A stretch of DNA of 48,625 nucleotides, taken from contig DASRHX010000677.1 of assembly GCA_035650295.1 (NCBI GenBank), positions 1-48,625 on the forward strand, read 5' to 3'. The DNA is from Bryobacteraceae bacterium. Its GTDB lineage: Bacteria > Acidobacteriota > Terriglobia > Bryobacterales > Bryobacteraceae. Shown in pieces: positions 26,636 through 33,676 of this stretch (its first letter is position 1; each line of letters begins with the position of its first letter). Below the pieces are notes generated by a model, which saw nothing but the letters and a program-made list of their open reading frames with translations, made no database searches and was not told the origin of the DNA. The position numbers and the translations under genes were made by a program.

Positions 26636-27694
26636 TCAAGTGACTTGAAAGAGGGCGTGGCAGTTGAGCTGATCCGCGACGAGCTGCGCGGTGTACGTGC
26701 GCGCCTTGAAGAGCGCGTAGACATCGTGCGGCCGAGCCGGGGCGTGGTCCTTGCCCCATTCCTGTTCCATCGCGTAGACGTACAGGTGTTTGGGATCGAT
26801 CACGTAACAACTGTTGATGAACGCGCCGCCCAGGTCATCCAGTGACGGGTCGTACTGGAACACCAGATCGTTGTAACGGATGTCGGCTACCGCAATATCG
26901 GTCGAGGATGGTTTCGTCCAGCCCGCGTCGGTGTAGTAGCCCTTGTCACGCAGCTGCTTCACCAACGCATCGAGGAAGCCCGAGCCCGCGAACGCCACGG
27001 TCGGCTTGCCGCCGTAGCGGCGCAGCTGGCGCATCTCCGAGTGGATCACGTTGGGTAGTTCGGTCGTTGCGATCGGCCACGTGGCATAGCGATTGCGCCA
27101 CCACGTATTCGTCGCGCGATCCAGTCCACCCGTGACGCCGACAGCCGGTGTCGCGGTGAGGAAGTAGCGCACGCCGATGAAGCCGAGCGGATCGGCGGTT
27201 CCATCGCCCCAGAACATCGTGTTGAGAGACTTCATGGTGATTTCACCGAAGGTCTCAACCTTGTCCTGCATGATGTTGGTGATTGCGGTCAGTTCGCGCT
27301 TGCTGTGCTTGCTCGTGTTCTCGCCGAACGCCGAATCGGTGACGCTGATGCCATCGATCTTCAGTTCGGTGAACGTGCAGTTCCAGCCGGTGTGAACTTC
27401 GCGCCACGGATACTTCACGCGCTCGATGCCGGCGATGTTGCCGTAGGCAACCGGATCGTCATGCGTGAAGCCGCGAAGTGAGCCCGTGGGCGGAACGGCC
27501 GCACCCTCGAACGAATACTTGCCCTTGACCGGGATCGTGATGTCGCCCTTGCCGCCGGGAAAAGTCTTGCGCGCGCCTTCGAGTTTTGCGAGCAGTGGCT
27601 TGTCCTGAATCGACTGCGGGAGCGGCTGACCCCGGAAATGAAAGTCGAGAGCTGCATTGGCAATGGATGCCAGCTCCGACGCAGTGAATGCCAT
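26636..27694 (-). CDS. Major capsid protein
   Basis: 352 aa directly after the scaffold gene, bracketed by hairpins, GGAGG SD. The size fits an HK97-fold coat protein; assignment is mainly positional. Confidence 0.7.
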   Translation of the reverse strand: MAFTASELASIANAALDFHFRGQPLPQSIQDKPLLAKLEGARKTFPGGKGDITIPVKGKYSFEGAAVPPTGSLRGFTHDDPVAYGNIAGIERVKYPWREVHTGWNCTFTELKIDGISVTDSAFGENTSKHSKRELTAITNIMQDKVETFGEITMKSLNTMFWGDGTADPLGFIGVRYFLTATPAVGVTGGLDRATNTWWRNRYATWPIATTELPNVIHSEMRQLRRYGGKPTVAFAGSGFLDALVKQLRDKGYYTDAGWTKPSSTDIAVADIRYNDLVFQYDPSLDDLGGAFINSCYVIDPKHLYVYAMEQEWGKDHAPARPHDVYALFKARTYTAQLVADQLNCHALFQVT

Positions 27695-27701
27695 GTGTTC
27701 A

Positions 27702-27715
27702 GCCTCCGAAGAGGC
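27702..27715 (-). promoter_or_regulatory. UUCG-tetraloop hairpin containing the capsid SD
   Basis: On the minus strand GCCUC-UUCG-GAGGC; the 3' arm GGAGGC is the capsid Shine-Dalgarno. Confidence 0.4.
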
Positions 27716-27726
27716 CGGCGGGACAG

Positions 27727-28821
27727 CTATCGGGCAAGGGCGTTTTCAATCGCCTCGCGCATCGACTTGGGCTGTGCCTCGGCCGGCTTGTTGAGTCGTC
27801 GGCCGACCGTTGGACTGCTTACGGCACGAGGCTGCGGTTTGAATGCCTGCAATCGCTTCGTCACGGTTTCGTAGGCAGCTTTTGCCATTCCCCGTGCATC
27901 TGCGACCGTCGACGGTACGCCGTGCTTCGTGACCAATGCTGTCAACGCATCGACCACCAGTTCGTGCTTTTCCGGCGTGTAGTCGGGGTCGGAGGCTTTC
28001 AGTTCTGCCTGATACGCGTTGACGGAATCGTGAATTTCTTTGGTTCGCTGCGCGGCGCTGACTCGTTGGTTCTCGGCTGTTTCGGCCGCCATGCGCGTCT
28101 TTTCCAACGCGCTATCGGCCCGCAGCTGTGCGACTTCCTTGGCGGAGTCCTCATCCAGAACGCCGTCATCGACTTTCTGTTTAAGGTCGGAGGGTAGTTT
28201 GTGGCCTAACTTCTCCTCCCACATCGCGGTGAATCGCTGTAGCTCTTCAACCGCCGCCTTCGGATCGTTCGCGAGTAACCTGGGCCAAGCGAACAGTTGG
28301 GCCATGTCGTCCTGCGACATGCCCATCTTCTGCGCGTCGCGGCCGATGGCGCTTAAGGTTGCGTCCATCTCCCGATAGCGTTCGTTCGAGCCCTTCAGGG
28401 CGCGGTTCTCATTCAAGACTTCGCGGAAGCGCTCGATCTTGTGAAGAGGAACCTCTCCCTTCAACTGTTCCAGCGCCGCGAGTAACGCACCGTCACTCAC
28501 GTCGTCTTTGGTATCCGGCTTCTTGTCGGCTTCTGGTTCCGGCTGATCGCCTTCGGCGGCGGACGACTTCGCTTTGGCCGCAAGGTCTATCGGTGCGTCT
28601 TCGTCCTCGATGGTTTTCACATCGAGAGCGTCTTTGACGACATCGAGAAGACTCTTGCGCTCCTCGTCCTTCGCAGGTGACGACTCTGCGGGCGCAGCTG
28701 CGCTTACGTCGGGGGCTGGTTCGCTACCGGGTGACGATTCCGGTGCCGCGTTATCTGTCGATTCCTCGTCAGGTGTTTCCACGGTGCGTCTCGTACTGCG
28801 AACGCGCGGAATGTACCGCAA
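27727..28821 (-). CDS. Scaffolding protein (non-AUG start, exact start uncertain)
   Basis: Acidic, Ala/Glu/Lys-rich, helical-looking 364 aa between portal and capsid. The track start is TTG 28821; GTG 28782 is an alternative; there is no early ATG. Confidence 0.6.
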   Translation of the reverse strand: MRYIPRVRSTRRTVETPDEESTDNAAPESSPGSEPAPDVSAAAPAESSPAKDEERKSLLDVVKDALDVKTIEDEDAPIDLAAKAKSSAAEGDQPEPEADKKPDTKDDVSDGALLAALEQLKGEVPLHKIERFREVLNENRALKGSNERYREMDATLSAIGRDAQKMGMSQDDMAQLFAWPRLLANDPKAAVEELQRFTAMWEEKLGHKLPSDLKQKVDDGVLDEDSAKEVAQLRADSALEKTRMAAETAENQRVSAAQRTKEIHDSVNAYQAELKASDPDYTPEKHELVVDALTALVTKHGVPSTVADARGMAKAAYETVTKRLQAFKPQPRAVSSPTVGRRLNKPAEAQPKSMREAIENALAR

Positions 28822-28824
28822 AGA

Positions 28825-28854
28825 GTCGACAGCGGTCTATAGACGACTGTCGAC
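28825..28854. repeat. 30-bp near-perfect palindrome between portal and scaffold genes
   Basis: GTCGACAG-CG-GTCTATAGAC-GA-CTGTCGAC; 13 of 15 positions pair. Confidence 0.6.
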
Positions 28855-30929
28855 TAGGCTGCGTATTCCTGCGGCAGCGGCACCATTGGCGGGCGGCCTG
28901 GGCCGCCAAGTCCGGGCGGAGGCCCTAAACCTTGCGGCTGAGTCGGCGCGCCTTGCGCGTTGTTCGCGCCTTCGGGTCCTTGTGCGTTCGGGTCTTCTGC
29001 GCCGGGCGCGCCGGGCTGCGCCGGTGGCGCCTGATTGAGCATCTGGATAGAGGGAATGTTGGCGGTGAACGCTTCGGTCAAATCGATCGAATCGTCAATC
29101 GCTTCAATGAGTTTCTGGCCCAACCACTGCGGGTTGACGCCGGGAATCTGGATGAGAAACGGCACGAGCTGCTGAAGCGCCTGCTGACGTTGCACCTTGT
29201 TCGGCCGGCCGTTGCTGCCGGCGACGATCTCCAGATACATCTCGTTGGCGATCTGCTCGCGGTTCATCTGCGGCCACACGGCACCGGGGCCGGCGATCTG
29301 CTGGACGGTGGCGGGGTCAAGTTCGGCAAGCATGATCTGCGATGAGTCGCGAGCCAGGACGGACAGGTAGTCGTTCAACTGATCCGCCTCGGCCTCAAGG
29401 GCTGCGGTGCGCGCCTGTTCGGCAGTTGCCACCGCCGTGGCGGTGTCACCGGAGCTGCCGCCGAAGGCGGGCTCTGCCATGCCGACCGTTTTGTATACGT
29501 CGTCCATGATCGACTGCGACTCGTACAAGTTCGGGTCGACACCGATTTTCGGCAGCGCTTGAATCAGGTCCGTGACTTTGTTGCCCGGCATCATGCCGTC
29601 GATTTCAACGACTGCGCTGGCATCGAGGTTGCTCAACGCGTTCTTGTCGCCATCCGACAGCGCGCCCTTGGGTGTCACGTAGCCTGGGCGGTTCGCCTTG
29701 CGATGTTCGCGCAATGCTTCCTTCTGCCGGTTCAGCTCCATCTGCTGCGGCGTCATGTTGTTCACGTCGCTGGGCGGGAAGAGCTTCGTCGGATGCTCCA
29801 GCTCGTTGAAGCACAGCGCGTAAATCGGGAAGAAGCGCTCAACCTGGACTTCTGGGGCTCCCGGCTCTTTCAAAAAATCCTTGTAGCCATCGGCCATCTC
29901 GAACTTCAAGCCCGTGGGCTTGTGATACTGCATCCACACGCACACCAGATCGTCGTGGCGCCCGGAAAGATCGTTGCGCGGATTCTGCCGGTACTCCATG
30001 CCCGTGGTGGAGTAAGCGGTGTAACTCTGGCCGGTGGAGTTCGCCGATGTCTGGCCACTGATATCGATCTTGTAGAACTCCTTGACCTCATCGGTCGTCA
30101 TGAAGATTTCTTCAGTGACCCAATCGGCACCGATCCACCCATCGAGCGCGATGCACTTTTTGTCGGGGATGACGCTGGTCGGTTTCGGGAAGTCGAACAC
30201 CAGGCCTTCACGGATGATGACGGACTGTTGCGCCTGCAACGCCTGCATCGCCAGCCGCAACTCCTCGGCCTCAGCGTCGAGCAGCGTCTTGTCACCCTCG
30301 GGGCCAACCTCATCGACGAGCCGCTGAATGTGTGCAAGGCGTTGCTGGGAATCCGCGATCTTCGCCTTGTTGTCCGGCGACAGGTCGGTCTCGCGCTGAA
30401 ACCCCAACTTCACGTAACCGACAGCGGTTTGCACGGCCGAGCGCACACAACGCTTCATCTGTGACTTGAACGAGGGGATTTGTTCATCGATGTAGTAGTG
30501 AAAGCAGCACTCCAGAGTCTTGCCGAGTTTTTTGTACATCTCCTCTTCGGCCTTGCCCTGCTGCACGTCCATCATGATTTGCATCGCCTGCATCGGGTCC
30601 GGTAACCCCTGCGCGGCCATCTGCAACTGGTTCATCGTGCCGTCCCAAAACTTGTATTTCAGTTTCGGCCGACACTTCGCGTGCGCGCGCGGGTTCTTCG
30701 CGTACAAACTGGCGACCTTCTGGCGCACGAATCGCTGCGTCACGTTGACTTTGTAGTTGCCCTTCGGCCACGAGCGCGACGCGCCGTTCCACGCGACCTC
30801 CATGTCTTCGAGCATCTGTTTGAACGAGGGGGCGAAGTGCTTTTTGTCGGCGCGTACAGACTCCTGTAGTTCGAGCACCAGGGCGGCGCGCGCGTCGGGG
30901 ACTTCAATGTCGTAGCCCTTGATAATCAT
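28854..30929 (-). CDS. Portal protein
   Basis: Start set to ATG 30929 (overlaps the terminase TGA, GGAGG SD); 691 aa, immediately after the large terminase; Pro/Gly-rich C-terminal tail. Confidence 0.75.
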   Translation of the reverse strand: MIIKGYDIEVPDARAALVLELQESVRADKKHFAPSFKQMLEDMEVAWNGASRSWPKGNYKVNVTQRFVRQKVASLYAKNPRAHAKCRPKLKYKFWDGTMNQLQMAAQGLPDPMQAMQIMMDVQQGKAEEEMYKKLGKTLECCFHYYIDEQIPSFKSQMKRCVRSAVQTAVGYVKLGFQRETDLSPDNKAKIADSQQRLAHIQRLVDEVGPEGDKTLLDAEAEELRLAMQALQAQQSVIIREGLVFDFPKPTSVIPDKKCIALDGWIGADWVTEEIFMTTDEVKEFYKIDISGQTSANSTGQSYTAYSTTGMEYRQNPRNDLSGRHDDLVCVWMQYHKPTGLKFEMADGYKDFLKEPGAPEVQVERFFPIYALCFNELEHPTKLFPPSDVNNMTPQQMELNRQKEALREHRKANRPGYVTPKGALSDGDKNALSNLDASAVVEIDGMMPGNKVTDLIQALPKIGVDPNLYESQSIMDDVYKTVGMAEPAFGGSSGDTATAVATAEQARTAALEAEADQLNDYLSVLARDSSQIMLAELDPATVQQIAGPGAVWPQMNREQIANEMYLEIVAGSNGRPNKVQRQQALQQLVPFLIQIPGVNPQWLGQKLIEAIDDSIDLTEAFTANIPSIQMLNQAPPAQPGAPGAEDPNAQGPEGANNAQGAPTQPQGLGPPPGLGGPGRPPMVPLPQEYAA

Positions 30930-32665
30930 CACCACACCTCCGCGAGCTGCGGCGCGTCGCGTAACTTTCCTTGGTATTCCATTTCCTTCTTCCACCAGCC
31001 AAACGTGCCGTGTTTCAACGACTTCTCGTCGCGCAGCGGCGTGCCCGCGATCAGCTGGAGCACTTTCAACCCCATGATTGAAATTGCGGTCACGAAGTCA
31101 TCGTTCGTGCCGTGCGGGAAGTGCAGTAGTTCGTGCTTGGCTTCCGGGAACCACGGAGCGGCCCGTGGAAACACCACGCGCCCGGCTTGCATCAGGCCCG
31201 CGATGGATTGCGCGATGGCCTCCTTGTTTTTGTGGACCGGGATCGAGTCGATCACGACAGGGATACCGCGCTCGATCTTGCGTTTGTGAATCCACGGGCC
31301 TATAGATTTCAAGATCGCCTCGTTCTCGGCGAACCAGAACGAGGGCTTCCACAACGCCACCATGTCGAGCATGGCTTCGACTGTTTGATCGGGGGGTCTG
31401 CGATCCCAGTAACAGTCTAGTAACCAAAGGTACTTGTTAGGACAAACCCCCGCGATGAGCATCACCGATGCGTCGTGCTTCTTGCGGTCGGTGCCGATGG
31501 CATGGTCACTTGCCGCGTAAATACGCATTTCCTCGGCTCGAGGACGGTTGCTAGACAGATACGTCTTCATCCACGCGGCGCGGAAGAACGCGCCTTCTTC
31601 GGGCGAGGGGCGCTGTTGATACAGCGCCATGAACGCCACCGGGTCGAGCCGCTTTTGTGCTTCGAGCCACGCAACGGGGAAACGCGACGGCCACAGCGCC
31701 TCACCTGGGCGGCGGTTCATCGGATCATTCAGCTCCGCGATTGCCGGCAGGTTGAGCACCTTCCACTTCGCGGCCTCTTCGCGGTTGTACGCTGGGTTGC
31801 GCGGATCAGTTAGGCGTCCAACTACATCGTCCTCGTTCCAGCGTGTCATCACGAGTACTACCGCGGAACCCACGCGCATCTGCCGGGTCAGGAATACCTG
31901 CACAAACCAGCGCCAAATTTTCTCGCGGATCGTCGGGGAGTCGGCTTCCTCGGCGTCTTTAATCAAATCATCCGCGATGAGCAGGTGACCGCCGCGCCCG
32001 GTTGAGCTCGACCCGCGTCCAACAAAGGAAAGCTGTCCGCCGGCGGCCGTCTTAATTCGATCGGAGCCCTGCGCGCCGGTCTTCAGTTTGCAGAGCGGAA
32101 AGATATTTTGATGGCGCGGATGGCGGAGCACGTCACGCACATCGCGGCCAATGTCGCCGGCGTAGTCATCGTTGTAGGTTGCGATGATGGTGGAGCGGTA
32201 CGGATCGCGCCCCGTGAACCACGATGGAAAGAACTTACTGATCTGCTGCGTCTTGCCGTGGCGCGGCGGCATGGTGACGATCAACCTGGGCCAGAGCCCT
32301 TTGTCCACCTGTTCAAGCGCTGCGGCGAGCACCTGATGATGCTTGGCGACTTCGTACATCGACGCCGACAGGTCGTCGGGATCGTCGGGGGAGGGCATGA
32401 GCAACTTGCAGTACAGAAGGAAGTTGTCGCGCGCCTCCTTGAAAACCTTCAGACGCTCCAGGGCCTCAAGGCGCGTGCGTAACGCCTCGATGTCTTTCGC
32501 TTCCTCGTCGGTGTCAGTAACGCTTTCGCGTGACGATGGCGCCGAAGTTGCGTTTGCGAGCTGGCCGGGTGATCGGAGCAGATCCTGGGGCTCGTTCGCG
32601 GTTGTACTGTTTGGCGGCGCGTGTTTTCGCTTCCGTTTCGGCGACGCCTTGGGCGATGAGTTCAT
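30929..32665 (-). CDS. terL: Terminase large subunit
   Basis: Walker A VTMPPRHGKTQ, Walker B-like HLLIADDLIKDAEEADS, nuclease-domain ASDHAIG and NDDFVTA. The first ~50 codons are low-complexity and overlapped by another ORF. Confidence 0.9.
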   Translation of the reverse strand: MNSSPKASPKRKRKHAPPNSTTANEPQDLLRSPGQLANATSAPSSRESVTDTDEEAKDIEALRTRLEALERLKVFKEARDNFLLYCKLLMPSPDDPDDLSASMYEVAKHHQVLAAALEQVDKGLWPRLIVTMPPRHGKTQQISKFFPSWFTGRDPYRSTIIATYNDDYAGDIGRDVRDVLRHPRHQNIFPLCKLKTGAQGSDRIKTAAGGQLSFVGRGSSSTGRGGHLLIADDLIKDAEEADSPTIREKIWRWFVQVFLTRQMRVGSAVVLVMTRWNEDDVVGRLTDPRNPAYNREEAAKWKVLNLPAIAELNDPMNRRPGEALWPSRFPVAWLEAQKRLDPVAFMALYQQRPSPEEGAFFRAAWMKTYLSSNRPRAEEMRIYAASDHAIGTDRKKHDASVMLIAGVCPNKYLWLLDCYWDRRPPDQTVEAMLDMVALWKPSFWFAENEAILKSIGPWIHKRKIERGIPVVIDSIPVHKNKEAIAQSIAGLMQAGRVVFPRAAPWFPEAKHELLHFPHGTNDDFVTAISIMGLKVLQLIAGTPLRDEKSLKHGTFGWWKKEMEYQGKLRDAPQLAEVW

Positions 32666-32693
32666 CGCGCATTTCCTCGTATTTCTTTGGCAT
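32514..32693 (-). CDS. 59-aa ORF overlapping the terminase 5' end in another frame (not in ORF track)
   Basis: Hand translation MPKKYEEMRDELIAQGVAETEAKTRAAKQYNRERAPGSAPITRPARKRNFGAIVTRKRY; GAGAGGAG SD. Confidence 0.35.
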   Translation of the reverse strand: MPKKYEEMRDELIAQGVAETEAKTRAAKQYNRERAPGSAPITRPARKRNFGAIVTRKRY

Positions 32694-32729
32694 GGCTCCT
32701 CTCCGTCGTCATGGCTAGTTAGGGCCGAT

Positions 32730-32806
32730 CCCCTTCACCCGGCTGCCGCAACATCGCCGCGAGGCGTGCGATTGCGTCAGTACCTGCAAGGGCGTGGGTG
32801 AAGGGG
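32730..32806. promoter_or_regulatory. Large stem-loop between the fibre module and terminase module
   Basis: CCCCTTCACCC (32730-32740) pairs with GGGTGAAGGGG (32796-32806); the 55-nt interior has further pairing potential. Confidence 0.35.
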
Positions 32807-32824
32807 CCGGCGTTTCTTGTTGTT

Positions 32825-33043
32825 TCAATGTGGCGCCTCTTCCTGCACTGGCGCGGTCGCATTGGCGGCTGAGGGGGCGATGATTACTTGTCCGGTGGCG
32901 ATGGCTTGCAGCAAGCTCACCGCGATGTCGTACGCCTCGCGCTGCGTGCGGGTGTGTGGCACCTGATCCAGAAACTGCAACGCATACGTCGCCGCCTGCT
33001 GCGGGCTGATCTGTATGGGTTGATTGTCGTGACCGTTTTTCAT
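32825..33043 (-). CDS. Hypothetical protein
   Basis: 72-aa ORF in operon context. Confidence 0.45.
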   Translation of the reverse strand: MKNGHDNQPIQISPQQAATYALQFLDQVPHTRTQREAYDIAVSLLQAIATGQVIIAPSAANATAPVQEEAPH

Positions 33044-33052
33044 GTTGCCTCG

Positions 33053-33676
33053 CTATGCTCGATAAAAAGTGACCGCGTACACGTTGCCGTCCGCAAACGC
33101 CATGATTCCGGGGTTGAAAACCCAGATGCGGCGCGTGCCGGAAACACTCGTGGATGTGCGCGCGGAGCGCGTTGCGGAGCGCGTCTCATTGGCGCTGCCG
33201 CCTTGGAAGAAACCGAACACGCTCATGCTGGACCAAGAGGCATCGGCATCGGCCGGCGCGCCGCCCGCGTTGTTGAGCGCGATGTTCAGATTGTCGTCAT
33301 CGTTCCACCACAGGCCAGCCAGGGTGTTCGCGCCGACGACGTTCGTGCTCACAGAACCAATGCCGCTGCTTCCCGTGATGAGGCCGCTGGTCGCAAACCC
33401 CAAATTCGTCCGGCCGAGAGCGGCTTCCAAAAAGTTGCCGGCGGTCATGCTGAGCGGATCGGCATTGATGCTCATGAAAATCTGCGCCAGATCGACGCCG
33501 GCCGATTGAAATCCGGTGTTCGCTATCGCAGTGCTTGAACCACGCGGCTCGAAGCGCTGACTCAAATCCACGCCGCCGTTACTCAAGAAATTCACGTTCG
33601 CCGCCGCCGCGCTCGTGCGAGCCTTAAACAGCACGTCCAGATCGCCGCGTGCGGGGATGGTGTAGCCGGTTGTCAT
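33053..33676 (-). CDS. Tail-fibre-associated protein with reiterated G.DL...F motifs
   Basis: Start set to ATG 33676 (ATGA overlap with the fibre stop). RGDLDVLFKAR, GGVDLSQRFEPRG and AGVDLAQIFMS repeats. Confidence 0.5.
   Translation of the reverse strand: MTTGYTIPARGDLDVLFKARTSAAAANVNFLSNGGVDLSQRFEPRGSSTAIANTGFQSAGVDLAQIFMSINADPLSMTAGNFLEAALGRTNLGFATSGLITGSSGIGSVSTNVVGANTLAGLWWNDDDNLNIALNNAGGAPADADASWSSMSVFGFFQGGSANETRSATRSARTSTSVSGTRRIWVFNPGIMAFADGNVYAVTFYRA

Noticed and set aside
29559-30464. 301-aa + strand ORF opposite the portal gene, and similar antisense ORFs opposite the terminase, capsid and fibre genes
   Set aside because: Same reasoning: antisense shadows of well-supported structural genes, with no start signals.
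32825-33043. 72-aa ORF upstream of the terminase as the small terminase subunit
   Set aside because: It is too short, has no HTH or oligomerisation pattern that I can recognise, and is separated from terL by a structured gap. It is left as hypothetical.
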